Below, in pieces: positions 7,855-16,960 of a stretch of 32,000 nucleotides of DNA. A program made the translations under genes and the position numbers. This DNA is from an uncultured archaeon (GTDB taxonomy: Archaea > Micrarchaeota > Micrarchaeia > Micrarchaeales > CABMGC01): positions 690,001 to 722,000 of the forward strand of contig OY969902.1 in NCBI GenBank assembly GCA_963704435.1, written 5' to 3'. The notes beneath the pieces are model-generated. The model was given only the letters and a program-made list of their open reading frames with translations. It did no database searches and was not told the origin of the DNA. Every line of letters starts with the position of its first letter. Position 1 is the first letter of the stretch.

Positions 7855-8159
7855 TGCCAATCGCGAGAATCAAGCTGATAAGCAGGACGAAAGGTTCGTC
7901 CAGGGACATAGCCTATCAGATAATCGGCATAGCGAAGACGATAGGGGTCAAGTGCAAGGGCCCGGTCCCGCTCCCAACGAGGAGGCTTATCATACCCGCG
8001 AGGAAGACCCCTTGTGGGGACGGATCGCACACCTACGAGCATTGGGAGATGAGGATACACAAATGGCTGGTGGAGATAGAGGGAAGCGACCAGGCGCTCA
8101 GGCAGATAATGAGGATCCCTGTGCCAGACACCGTGCAGATCGAGATATCCCTGTCCTAG
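7854..8159 (+). CDS. rps10: 30S ribosomal protein S10
   Basis: MPIARIKLIS...GPVPLPTRRL...HKWLVEIE... is the S10 family pattern. ATG 7854 overlaps the tuf TGA by 1 nt. The track's TTG at 7851 is less likely. Confidence 0.93.
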   Translation: MPIARIKLISRTKGSSRDIAYQIIGIAKTIGVKCKGPVPLPTRRLIIPARKTPCGDGSHTYEHWEMRIHKWLVEIEGSDQALRQIMRIPVPDTVQIEISLS

Positions 8160-8177
8160 GGCCTGCCGTTCTTATCC

Positions 8178-8189
8178 TTTTTTCTTTTT
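8178..8189 (+). terminator. oligo-T tract after tuf-rps10
   Basis: TTTTTTCTTTTT lies 19 nt after the rps10 stop. Archaeal terminators are typically T-runs. Confidence 0.45.
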
Positions 8190-8203
8190 ATGGTAGAGCG
8201 CGC

Positions 8204-9361
8204 TCAGATTCCGGCTTCCTTCTTAAGAGATTCGGCCAGGTCCGTCCTCTCCCAAGTGAAGTCGGGGTCCTCCCTACCGAAGTGGCCGTAGCACGCCGTC
8301 TTCCTGTAGATCGGCCTCCTCAGGTCGAGGGCCTTTATCATGGCTCCGGGCCTTATGTCGAAGACCTTCTTCGCCACCTCCGCGATCTGCTCGTCAGGTA
8401 TCTTTCCCGTGCCGAACGTCTCGATGTAGAACGAGACCGGCTGGGATATGCCTATGGCGTACGCCACCTGGACCTCGCACCTTTTCGCTAGGCCGGCGGC
8501 CACGATGTTCTTGGCGATGTACCTCGACATGTACGCCCCCGACCGATCCACCTTCGTTGGGTCCTTCCCGCTGAAGCACCCGCCTCCGGTCCTTCCCATG
8601 GCGCCATAGCTGTCCACCACGATCTTCCTTCCGGTGAGCCCCGTGTCCGCGAGAGTCCCGCCTATCACGAACCTTCCCGTGCCATTGACTATGAACTTCG
8701 TGTTCTCGTCGAGCAGCTCCTTCGGTATGACCGGCCGGATTACCTTCTCTATTATGTCGCTCTTTACCTGCTCGGTCTCCACGCCATCATTGTGCTGTGC
8801 GGCAATTACGACAACCGCGACCCTCTTAGGAACGTTGTCCACATACTCGACGGTCACCTGCGATTTCCCATCAGGCCTCAGGTAGGGCAGGGTGCCGTTC
8901 TTCCTGCATTCCGCGAGCCTGAAGGCGAGCTTCTGCGCCAGCAGGATCGGAAGGGGCATGAGCTCCTTGGTCTCGTCGGACGCATAGCCCGAGACCATTC
9001 CCTGGTCTCCTGCGCCGATGTCGAGGCCCGTGCTTTCCACGACGCCCATCGCAATGTCCGGGGACTGCTCCTCGATCGCGGTTATTATACCGCACGTCGC
9101 CCAGTCCAGGCCGTCCTTCGCGTTGTCGAGGCCTATCTCCTTCAGCGTTTTCCTCACCGCCTTGGGCAGATCCACGTATGCGCTTGTGGTTATCTGGCCC
9201 GTTATCAGGACCATGCCCTGCATGACCATCGTCTCGCACGCGACGTGCGCCGCAGGGTCCTTCTCGATTATCGCATCGAGCACGGCGTCCGATATCTGGT
9301 CCGCGACCTTGTCAGGGTGCCCTTCCGCTACGCTCTCCGATGTGAATGAGTATTTTGACAT
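8204..9361 (-). CDS. metK: S-adenosylmethionine synthetase, bacterial/eukaryotic MetK type
   Basis: [63 protein letters not shown] and [19 protein letters not shown] align nearly end to end with the E. coli MetK pattern. Confidence 0.95.
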   Translation of the reverse strand: MSKYSFTSESVAEGHPDKVADQISDAVLDAIIEKDPAAHVACETMVMQGMVLITGQITTSAYVDLPKAVRKTLKEIGLDNAKDGLDWATCGIITAIEEQSPDIAMGVVESTGLDIGAGDQGMVSGYASDETKELMPLPILLAQKLAFRLAECRKNGTLPYLRPDGKSQVTVEYVDNVPKRVAVVVIAAQHNDGVETEQVKSDIIEKVIRPVIPKELLDENTKFIVNGTGRFVIGGTLADTGLTGRKIVVDSYGAMGRTGGGCFSGKDPTKVDRSGAYMSRYIAKNIVAAGLAKRCEVQVAYAIGISQPVSFYIETFGTGKIPDEQIAEVAKKVFDIRPGAMIKALDLRRPIYRKTACYGHFGREDPDFTWERTDLAESLKKEAGI

Positions 9362-9390
9362 TTTTACACCAACGCAAAACAGGGATAAGA

Positions 9391-10854
9391 TCAGTTCATC
9401 TTCTTCTCGGCTCTTAGCATCTCGAGCGCCAGGGACCTGTTGCTGCCTATGACGTTCTCGCTCTCGGCGTCGTCCTCGCTCAGGTCGTAGAGCTCCTTCT
9501 TCCCGCCTCTGTAGGACATCAGCTTGAAGCCTTTGTAATACGTGGCAGTGGCGAACTTGTTGTAGGCCATCTTGGTCCTGTATATGGCGTCCGCGTTCTT
9601 GGACCTCCTCCTCAGCAGCTCGAGCAGGTAGGTGTCCCAGACCTCGGTTATCCCGACGTGGTCCGAGAACACGAAGTTGTCCCTCCTGAGCTGCCCGTTT
9701 ATCTCGTCGGCCCTGCCGTAGCCTATGTTGACTATCGAGTCGCGCAGCGCCGTGAGGCTCACGTACTTGTCCACCTCCTCCCTGTTGCTCACCTGCCTGC
9801 CGTTCTCGAACCTCGCGGTTATCAGCGGCACCCGGGTCAGCTGCTCGTACGGGAACATGTTGTGGTACATCTGGCCGTGCTCCATGAACGCCTGGCCGTG
9901 GTCGCTCGCGAGCACCACGACCGCGTTGTCCAGGGCGCCGTTCCTCTTAAGTATCCCCATCAGGTCCGCCACCCGTGCGTCGAGGTAGGCGATCCGCTTC
10001 TCATATGCCTCGCGTATCTTCTTCACTCGGTCTGGCTCCAGGAGCCCGCTCATGTACAGCCACTTGTCCTGCTCGACATACGTGTCCGAGACGAGGTTCG
10101 TGGGATAGCCCTCGTGGCCCTCCATGTAGCTTATGAACATGAAGCTGCTCCTGCCCTGCGAGCCCTTGAGGTACGAGTCGATGAGAGCGTTCGTCTTCCT
10201 CGCCCCGGCGTCTATCTTGTAGAACCCGTACTCCTCGGAGAACTTCTTGTTCAGCCTCGTCCTGAGGTCCATGTAGAGCCTGTCGAGCCTCTTTTCGGGT
10301 ATCAGCCGCGATATGGCGGACGCGAGCTCGATCAGCCTCTTCCTCGCCATGTCGCTCGACACCAGCCGCAGCGACGACTTCACCAGCGGTGTGCCCGAAT
10401 CAAGCTTGTCGTTTATCCATACGTTGTGCGTGGACATGAATCCGCTGGCCAGCCCGGTCTGCACGCTGATGAACGGGCTGTTTGAGAAGAGGGCGGTTTC
10501 ATAGCCGAGGTAGCTCATCTGCTTCGCCAGCGTTATCTCCTTGGATTCGAGGTAGGACCTCTTCTTCAGGAAGGGGTCCGTGTTCGCGTCGGCGTTCTTG
10601 ATCGGGTCCTTGTTCAGCTCCCTTATGCCCTTGACCCGCTTTCCGAGGAATATGGAGACGTGCGAAGGGACGGTGAAGGTCCCAGGGGATATCGCGTTCC
10701 GGTAGACCACGCCCCGTCCTGCTATCCCGTCTATCGTGCTGAGCCTGCGGCGTCCGCCGTAGGAGGCGGTGTTGTCCGCCCTCAGCGTGTCGAGCATGAC
10801 GAATATTACGTTGGGCCTGCCGGACTTCAATGGATCACGCATGCGCGGCTGCAA
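9391..10854 (-). CDS. alkaline-phosphatase-superfamily (sulfatase-fold) protein with Thr at the nucleophile position
   Basis: [13 protein letters not shown] (metal-binding Asp), [10 protein letters not shown] (the site of the C/S-x-P-x-R sulfatase signature, here T-V-P-S-H) and [13 protein letters not shown]. No obvious signal peptide. The start is uncertain: TTG 10854 or ATG 10842. Confidence 0.8.
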   Translation of the reverse strand: MQPRMRDPLKSGRPNVIFVMLDTLRADNTASYGGRRRLSTIDGIAGRGVVYRNAISPGTFTVPSHVSIFLGKRVKGIRELNKDPIKNADANTDPFLKKRSYLESKEITLAKQMSYLGYETALFSNSPFISVQTGLASGFMSTHNVWINDKLDSGTPLVKSSLRLVSSDMARKRLIELASAISRLIPEKRLDRLYMDLRTRLNKKFSEEYGFYKIDAGARKTNALIDSYLKGSQGRSSFMFISYMEGHEGYPTNLVSDTYVEQDKWLYMSGLLEPDRVKKIREAYEKRIAYLDARVADLMGILKRNGALDNAVVVLASDHGQAFMEHGQMYHNMFPYEQLTRVPLITARFENGRQVSNREEVDKYVSLTALRDSIVNIGYGRADEINGQLRRDNFVFSDHVGITEVWDTYLLELLRRRSKNADAIYRTKMAYNKFATATYYKGFKLMSYRGGKKELYDLSEDDAESENVIGSNRSLALEMLRAEKKMN

Positions 10855-10923
10855 ACCGATTGGTAAGCCGCTTCAGGACAAATTGCCACTCAAGGTTTTT
10901 ATTGATTCTGTAAAGCTTCGCGA

Positions 10924-11910
10924 TCACTTGGATATGTCCAGGTAGGAGAGCATTATCGGGAGTATTATGGTAGCGTCCCCGTCTATGGTGACCTGCCTGG
11001 CCCTCTCCTTGACCTTGCCCCACGACACTGCCTCTGTCAGCCTGGCGCCGGATAGGCTTCCGTCGAACTGCGTGGCCGTGGTTATGTAGACCGCGTAGTC
11101 GAGCCCGCCCTTGAACTGGTTCCACCAGATAACGTGGTGCTTGCTGATGCCACCGCCAACCATCAGAGCGCCGGTCTTCTTGTTGTCGAATGCTATGTTG
11201 CTGAGGGCTATCTCGTCCCTTATCAGGTTGAGCTTGAAGTCGCTGTGGCTCTGCGAGAACACTGTCATCTGCGTGCCGAAGGCCCCGTCGAGTATGCCCG
11301 GGTTGAATATCGGGACGTCGTGGAGGTATGCCTGCCTGATTATGGAGCCCTTGTCAGTCATCCTCTTTCCGAACTCCCGTATGAGCTCGCTCGCGCTGTA
11401 CTCCTTCTTGTAGTCCTTGGAGGCGTAGATTTCGCCCATTATCTTCTCGAAGTACTCCTCTACGGCGAGGCCGTACTCGTCCTGGCCTATGAATACGTTG
11501 CCGAGCCGGTACACCTTGCGCTTGAACAGGTCCGCGTCGTCCGCGTAGAAGCTTCCGACGCTGTACTTGCCTCCGTGGGCCCTCGCCAGGTCGTGGTCGA
11601 GCGTTCCGCACGTCGTGATTATCGCGTCGAAGTACCTGACTGACGTGGCCAGAGCCCCCCTCAGTCCGGTCGCCACGATGTCCGCGGGGAACGATAGGAA
11701 GTTGAATGACGACTCGTCCCTGAGCATCTCTCCGACAATCTTTATGCCGTCGACCATGTGCTGGGCGGAGAATCCGCCGACGCTGTCCATGGAGTCGATG
11801 AGCTCCTTGACGGTCATGCCCTTCCTGAGCTCTATGTCCTTGACGTGCCTCTTCAGCAGTTCCCTGTTGCTTATTGCAGCCATAAAAACACCGCGCGATG
11901 GATTGCGCAT
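10924..11910 (-). CDS. dys: deoxyhypusine synthase
   Basis: 328 aa with the DHS pattern (SFPADIVATGLRG...ITTCGTLDHD...GGGISKHH...). An alternative start is ATG 11883. Confidence 0.9.
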   Translation of the reverse strand: MRNPSRGVFMAAISNRELLKRHVKDIELRKGMTVKELIDSMDSVGGFSAQHMVDGIKIVGEMLRDESSFNFLSFPADIVATGLRGALATSVRYFDAIITTCGTLDHDLARAHGGKYSVGSFYADDADLFKRKVYRLGNVFIGQDEYGLAVEEYFEKIMGEIYASKDYKKEYSASELIREFGKRMTDKGSIIRQAYLHDVPIFNPGILDGAFGTQMTVFSQSHSDFKLNLIRDEIALSNIAFDNKKTGALMVGGGISKHHVIWWNQFKGGLDYAVYITTATQFDGSLSGARLTEAVSWGKVKERARQVTIDGDATIILPIMLSYLDISK

Positions 11911-11984
11911 ATGCTTATGGCTTGGATAAAGATAAATGGCTATGCCGTCGAGCCAGCAGGGGTATTATTTCCTACTCAGAGAAG

Positions 11985-12215
11985 TCAATCAATATGGCTG
12001 TCCCTTCTGTGCCTTGTAGCGCTTTCCCTAACGGTTTTCATCAAAGCAGAAGGTAATGACTCTTTATTGGTTCGATCTTCAATCAAATCCCAGAACGCTC
12101 TTAGCTGAGGCACAGTAAATCCTTCCTCAGTTACGGCCTGTTTTACTACCTGTTGCTGTGCTAAAGCAGGACTGTCCGCCGGCCCTCCCTTTTTATCGCT
12201 AAGTAGTTGCATCAT
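11985..12215 (-). CDS. hypothetical small protein (76 aa) in an AT-rich patch
   Basis: The only ORF in the AT-richer spacer between the RNHCP gene and dys. Its codons end mostly in A/T, unlike the rest of the window. No family recognised. It may be spurious or a gene fragment. Confidence 0.3.
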   Translation of the reverse strand: MMQLLSDKKGGPADSPALAQQQVVKQAVTEEGFTVPQLRAFWDLIEDRTNKESLPSALMKTVRESATRHRRDSHID

Positions 12216-12304
12216 ATTATCGAATAGAATAATGAATTTCTTCGTATTTAAACGTCCTTTCCCATCACGTCAATTGTCTTATTTGAAGCGATCGCGTCCG
12301 TGAC

Positions 12305-12709
12305 CTAATCCCTCATATTCAAATCGTTTTTTTCTTCAAGGGAGAACAGTAGCTCCTCATTGTCGTCTTTTGCTGCCTTCACTCTGGTCTTCTTTCCGCA
12401 TCCGGCGCACTCATAATGTATGATGAAAGAGTTACCGTCGTATTCCGTACTGACGGGGATCATGAGCGCGCCGCATCTGGAAGCTCTGTCCCCCGGCTTA
12501 TTGTCAACATGCTTGCTCGTGAGGCATTTCGGACAGTGGTCCGTATAGCCACCGCCTTTCACACGCGTGCCGCATACCTCACACACGAAATCCTCGACGC
12601 GCTTCTGGAAATCGACTGACCCCAATCCGCTCCGTCTCGCGGGCGGGCTGTCGAAGCCCCTTGACCTCGCAACCCCCTTTTTGCCATGGTTTTTTGACTT
12701 TTGCAGCAT
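12305..12709 (-). CDS. RNHCP-domain zinc-binding protein
   Basis: FVCEVCG...GGYTDHCPKCLTSKHVDNKPGDRASRCGALM...CAGCG matches the RNHCP-domain cysteine pattern as I remember it. It has a basic N-terminal extension. Confidence 0.65.
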   Translation of the reverse strand: MLQKSKNHGKKGVARSRGFDSPPARRSGLGSVDFQKRVEDFVCEVCGTRVKGGGYTDHCPKCLTSKHVDNKPGDRASRCGALMIPVSTEYDGNSFIIHYECAGCGKKTRVKAAKDDNEELLFSLEEKNDLNMRD

Positions 12710-12794
12710 CTCCTCACCCGTACACCAAAGTCATTCGGTGTGAACATTTTTATTTCTTCAATACAACAACATTTTATAACATTAGGTGGTTTAC

Positions 12795-13019
12795 ATGGTG
12801 AAGAAAGGCGCAGCCAAGAGAAAGTACACAACAATAACCATTCCTTCCCCTCTTTTTGCAAAGCTCCAGGAAAAGATCAAGAGCACGGGATTCTCCTCGG
12901 TCTCCGACTATGTTACCTACATACTCCGCGAGACGATAACCGAGATTGAGCTGAAGAAGGCAGGCAAGGAGAAGGCAGGGGGCGTTATCGAGAAGCTCAG
13001 GGCGCTCGGATACGACTGA
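12795..13019 (+). CDS. ribbon-helix-helix (CopG/Arc-like) protein with a C-terminal EKLRALGYD tail
   Basis: KRKYTTITIPSPLFAKLQEKIKSTGFSSVSDYVTYILRE fits a beta-strand plus two helices, typical of the RHH fold. I prefer ATG 12795, preceded by AGGTGG at a 5-nt spacing, over the track's GTG at 12786. Confidence 0.7.
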   Translation: MVKKGAAKRKYTTITIPSPLFAKLQEKIKSTGFSSVSDYVTYILRETITEIELKKAGKEKAGGVIEKLRALGYD

Positions 13020-13043
13020 CTGCACGCAAAACGAGTTGCGCAA

Positions 13044-13796
13044 ATGACGAAGCAGGACCTGAAGGCGCTTGAGGAAAGGAGCATCTACCTAGTCAGGGAC
13101 GCCAATGAGAAGTTCCGGAACGTCGCGGTTCTCTGGGGCACGGGGAAGGACAGCACAATTCTTCTGTATCTGATAAAGAAGGCATTCCGCGGCAAGGTCC
13201 CATTTGCCGTGGTTAGCGTGGACAACGGCGCCGAGTTTCCCGAGACGATTGCCTTACGGAATGAGCTGGCTAGGACGTGGAAGCTCAATCTCATAGTCGT
13301 GCCTAGCGGATCCGAATCCGGAGCGAGAAGCCCGGGATGCTGCGGCGAGAGCAAGGAACAGGCGCTCTCCAGGGCCATCGCAAAGCGCAAGTTCGATGCG
13401 GTTCTGGTCTCGACCAGGTCCGACGAGGAGCGCTATTTTCGGAACCGCGTCAGCTCAAAATCAAGCAAGGGTCAGATTGAGATGCGTGACGACAGGTCGT
13501 CCAAGCTCGAGGTCAAGGGCTGCGCTACCGTAGCCCCAATTCTTGACTGGACCGGAATCGACGTGTGGAACTACATCGAATCCGAGCGGATACCGCTGAA
13601 TCCCCTTTATCTCGCGCTTAATGGAAGCCGGTATGGGAGAATCGGATGCACGCGCTGCTCCGTACCCATCAAGTCGGGCGCGGACAGCGTCTCCAAGATA
13701 ATAAAGGAGTCCGAAGCGCGCGGCGCAGGCGCGAATCCAGGCGGCAGATCCGAGAAGGACCTGCTCCTGCAGAAGCTGAGGGCCCTGGGCTACTAG
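13044..13796 (+). CDS. CysD-like PP-loop ATPase (sulfate adenylyltransferase subunit 2 / PAPS reductase family)
   Basis: The PP-loop LWGTGKDSTILLYL matches E. coli CysD YSIGKDSSVMLHL. Also present are VPFAVVSVDNG, ILDWTGIDVWNYI and RIGCTRCS. The C-terminal QKLRALGY is comparable to the E. coli CysD ending ELKKRQGYF. At 250 aa it is shorter than bacterial CysD. No CysN, CysC or CysH gene is in the window. Confidence 0.8.
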   Translation: MTKQDLKALEERSIYLVRDANEKFRNVAVLWGTGKDSTILLYLIKKAFRGKVPFAVVSVDNGAEFPETIALRNELARTWKLNLIVVPSGSESGARSPGCCGESKEQALSRAIAKRKFDAVLVSTRSDEERYFRNRVSSKSSKGQIEMRDDRSSKLEVKGCATVAPILDWTGIDVWNYIESERIPLNPLYLALNGSRYGRIGCTRCSVPIKSGADSVSKIIKESEARGAGANPGGRSEKDLLLQKLRALGY

Positions 13797-15043
13797 CTGC
13801 CCGGGCCGCGCGTCCTGAAAAACCTCACTTTCGGCTTCTCGCTCTTCTGCATCTTCCTTACGTCAATACCCTTCACGAAGGATATGTTGGCGGGTATCGC
13901 GAACGTCTCCGCCCTGACCTCGTCGCTGTACAGCTTGCGCATCGCCTCCTTGTCCCCCTGCAGCGCGGCGTTGATGAAGGCGCGGACGTTGACGAGCGAA
14001 GAGTATCTGTCCGATCTCACTTCCTCCATGCCCTTCGGGAGCATTATCGCGAGCGGCACCCTCACGATCTCGTCGGACAGCGCAGGCCCGTGGCCGATGA
14101 AGCCGTGCTCTCCGAACTCCTGCCCGTGGTCCGAAGCGATTATTATCATCTGGTCCTCCCCGAACCTGTCGATAAGGTCCTCGACGATCTCCAGTGTGTA
14201 CCGGTAGCATTTCAGGGATGCCTTCTCGTAGAGCCGCTTCCACAGCGCTATGAGCTTGGGGTCGGTCTTCTTCTTCATGAAGGGTGTCGACCACGTGAAG
14301 TCCCTCTCCTTGACTCCGACGTAGGGGTCGTGCGGCTCCATGAAGTCGACAAAGAGGAAGAAGGGTTTCTTGAACCGGGACTTCTTCTCGGTCGCGACCG
14401 TGGGCCGCCCTCCCTTCTCTATGGGCCAGCCGTCGATGAACCGGGCCTTGAGCTTTTTCATCGCGGCCACAGGGGTCAGGACGACCCCCGAGGCTATCGC
14501 CTCGAAAAATAGGTTCGGGTCCTCCTTGAGGATGGACATGGAGATTCTGAACAGGTCCCCGACTCCGAGGTCCCCGCCGTGCTCGTTCCTGTACTTAGAG
14601 GCGGCGATCTTGGCCTTCTGCGAGGCCTCGACGACCATGCCGAACACGTCGGTGAAGTACGGCTCCTCCTTGAATTTGTCGAATTCGTCGAACCCGTACA
14701 CGGGATGGAAGAACGGGTTTGCGGATATGGCGTAGGTCCTGTAGCCGGCGTCCTTCAGGTCGCTCACCAAGGTCCTCGCGTTCAGCCTTATCCTATCTAT
14801 GTCCAGGCACTTTATGTCCTTCGTCTCGTGCGCGCCGTGCTCGCTGGCGTAGGTGCCCGTGAGCAGCGAAGCCGTTGACGGGAGCGTCCAGGTGCCGGGG
14901 GCTATGCACTTGTCTAGGCATATGAAGTTGCCGAGCTCGGAGAGCTGCATCCCCCTCCTGGTCGAGAGGTCCTTGAAGGTGTCGAGCCTCATCGTGTCCA
15001 TTATGATTATCGTTATGTTGAACTTCTTCATTGGAAAGCCCAC
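13793..15043 (-). CDS. alkaline-phosphatase-superfamily (sulfatase-fold) protein, paralog of 9391-10854, Thr at nucleophile position
   Basis: ITIIIMDTMRLD, APGTWTLPST (T-L-P-S-T at the signature position) and IASDHGQEFGEHG. Its stop overlaps the stop of the convergent CysD-like gene within CTAG (13793-13796). Confidence 0.8.
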   Translation of the reverse strand: MGFPMKKFNITIIIMDTMRLDTFKDLSTRRGMQLSELGNFICLDKCIAPGTWTLPSTASLLTGTYASEHGAHETKDIKCLDIDRIRLNARTLVSDLKDAGYRTYAISANPFFHPVYGFDEFDKFKEEPYFTDVFGMVVEASQKAKIAASKYRNEHGGDLGVGDLFRISMSILKEDPNLFFEAIASGVVLTPVAAMKKLKARFIDGWPIEKGGRPTVATEKKSRFKKPFFLFVDFMEPHDPYVGVKERDFTWSTPFMKKKTDPKLIALWKRLYEKASLKCYRYTLEIVEDLIDRFGEDQMIIIASDHGQEFGEHGFIGHGPALSDEIVRVPLAIMLPKGMEEVRSDRYSSLVNVRAFINAALQGDKEAMRKLYSDEVRAETFAIPANISFVKGIDVRKMQKSEKPKVRFFRTRGPGS

Positions 15044-15130
15044 CGTTGTATTCTGGGAATATCTCTCCTTTGCTATTTAAAGCCAGACGCTAGGTAAAGG
15101 CGGCATCCCTCTCAGCCACGTCATTTAAGG

Positions 15131-15907
15131 TCAGCGCATGACGAAATTCACATTCACGCTCTTCTGCACTGTCACCGATCCGCCGAAGAACAGAGAACTG
15201 TTGCGCACCGCAGCTATGCCCATTGAGGTGTCAGAGGCATAAACAGGGTAGAATATCTGGCTGTTCTGCACCGTTATGTTCTTTATTTCTACAGAGGTTC
15301 CGCTCACTGCCAGGATCTTGGCCTGAGAGGTCGCGTTGGCAAGAGCCCTGGATAGGGCAAGCTGGCCCAGCGCGCCCTGCTGGCCTGGGGACAGCTGCGC
15401 CTGCACGTTCTGCAGCTGCAGCCCTGGAATCGCGGAGAGCTGGGTGATTGCGGCGGACGCATTCCCTATGTTGGGTATCGTGACAGAGATGTATTCAGAA
15501 GCTGCAAAATATGGCAGTTTCTGCGGAACGCAGTAGGTCCCTATGGTTATGTTCATCTTCGGATAAGTGCAGATGGTTGGCTGGTAGATGCTGTACGACT
15601 GCGTCTGGATGTCGGACGCGTTTCCGTTCACGAGGGGCATCAGCGTATTGTTCAGCACGTTGGTGAGAACGCTAAGGTTTGCGTTTGCGGCGCCTGCCGT
15701 CCTTCCGGTAGCGTTCAGTTGGACGGAAAGCACGGCCTCAGCAGGTTTGGTGGCCGCGGTACCCACCGCAGTCACGGTTATGGTTGGCGGATGAGGTAGC
15801 CAGACCAGAACGGCAGACGCAAAGATCACGAGGAATGCCGCGATGACCGCTATCGCTACAATTATGACGAGACTCGCACGGCAGGAATTCTTGGCGGGTG
15901 ATGGCAC
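15131..15907 (-). CDS. membrane-anchored SIMPL/DUF541-like extracellular protein, sequon-rich
   Basis: An N-terminal TM anchor (LVIIVAIAVIAAFLVIFASAVLVWL) is followed by ITVTAVGTAATKPAEAVLSVQLNATGRTAGAANANL...DIQTQSYSIY and later ...ALSRALANATSQAKILA, which resembles the SIMPL pattern. There are at least 9 N-x-S/T sequons. Confidence 0.55.
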   Translation of the reverse strand: MPSPAKNSCRASLVIIVAIAVIAAFLVIFASAVLVWLPHPPTITVTAVGTAATKPAEAVLSVQLNATGRTAGAANANLSVLTNVLNNTLMPLVNGNASDIQTQSYSIYQPTICTYPKMNITIGTYCVPQKLPYFAASEYISVTIPNIGNASAAITQLSAIPGLQLQNVQAQLSPGQQGALGQLALSRALANATSQAKILAVSGTSVEIKNITVQNSQIFYPVYASDTSMGIAAVRNSSLFFGGSVTVQKSVNVNFVMR

Positions 15908-15992
15908 GCTATCACTGCACGTAGTTTGCTGAGCAGGCTTAAATGCCTTGTTCCTGCTGGTCTTCCATACGGGCCAGCACAGTCCAGCAATC

Positions 15993-16886
15993 TCAGCCTG
16001 CGACGTTGGTTATCGCCGCCAGCGCCCCGCCGAATAGCGCGAGCCCTCCCAGCGCAGCGGTCAGGTACACTATCTTTGAGTGTTTCGCTATCCTCAGCAG
16101 GAAATCTATAAGCAGCAGGCTCACCACGGTGGACACGGCTATGGCTATCATAAGCCCGGGCACGCCTATCGCGCCCACCGCCGTTGCTACGCTGGCCCTG
16201 CTCACCACCAGAGTGAGGGCCACGGCCGCGCTAGTCGCGAATATCGAGTTGAGGAACGAGAGCCTGAAGGCCTCGTCCGCCTCCACGTTCAGGAGCAGCA
16301 TCGTGCTGGTGGTCGCCCCAGACCTGCTGACCCCCGGAAGCGCCGCGATTCCCTGCGCGATGCCGACCAGCACGTAATCGACGATTCCCATGTCCTTGAG
16401 CTTCCTCCTCTTGCCTGCAGCAGAGCGAGCCGACCTAGCGTGCCTTATCAGGAACGCATCCCCAATCAGTATGATGCCCATGAGCAGCATCGGTATGCCT
16501 GCGTTGTACGTTCCCTGGATCGAGTCCACCACGAGATATAGCGGCGCCCCGATGATTCCGGTAAATACCATCGAGACCAGAATGTAGTTGAAGAGGCGCC
16601 TGCTGTCGGCGTCGCCGCGCCTTGCAAGGAAGCGGACCATCGAGGCCAGCTCCTTCCTGAAATAGATTATCGCGGCGAACACGGTGCCTATCTCCATGAA
16701 CAGGCCGAACGTATACGCCTCGCTGAACGGCAGGTTAAGCAGGTACGTGGAGACGATTATGACCTGCGTCTTGCTGCTTATTGGGAGCCACTCGGATATG
16801 CCCTGCACTACGCCGAGCACGATCCCGTAGAGCGCCTGCTGGAGGCTAATCGAAGCCAGCATAAGGAGGCTCAGCAGATTCGGCAT
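15993..16886 (-). CDS. uppP: undecaprenyl/dolichyl-diphosphate phosphatase (UppP/BacA family)
   Basis: GVVQGISEWLPISSKTQ and GIAQGIAALPGVSRSGATTSTMLLL are the two BacA signature regions. Polytopic membrane protein of 297 aa. Confidence 0.9.
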   Translation of the reverse strand: MPNLLSLLMLASISLQQALYGIVLGVVQGISEWLPISSKTQVIIVSTYLLNLPFSEAYTFGLFMEIGTVFAAIIYFRKELASMVRFLARRGDADSRRLFNYILVSMVFTGIIGAPLYLVVDSIQGTYNAGIPMLLMGIILIGDAFLIRHARSARSAAGKRRKLKDMGIVDYVLVGIAQGIAALPGVSRSGATTSTMLLLNVEADEAFRLSFLNSIFATSAAVALTLVVSRASVATAVGAIGVPGLMIAIAVSTVVSLLLIDFLLRIAKHSKIVYLTAALGGLALFGGALAAITNVAG

Positions 16887-16960
16887 AAGGGGTGTTCCTG
16901 TTGCAAACTATAAAAAGCATCCGCAGCGGCAAAAAGAGAGAAAAGTGGGTGCTGCGAGCG

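Noticed and set aside
6556-7860. 434-aa ORF on the minus strand covering all of tuf
   Set aside because: It is antisense to a gene with unmistakable EF-1alpha motifs. Its product is Arg/Leu/Val/His/Tyr-rich low-complexity sequence, typical of shadow ORFs created by the strong codon bias. The same reasoning applies to 7275-7799 (-) and 7691-7909 (-).
12559-12949. ORFs 12559-12861 (-) and 12701-12949 (+) across the RNHCP/RHH divergent spacer
   Set aside because: They overlap the better-supported RNHCP and RHH genes and run through the AT-rich promoter spacer. Neither has a recognisable domain or SD context.
13793-13796. The palindrome CTAG provides the stop codon for both convergent genes (CysD-like TAG and sulfatase-fold TAG)
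   Set aside because: The observation is real but trivial. A 4-nt convergent overlap at a palindromic stop is common in compact genomes and needs no special explanation.
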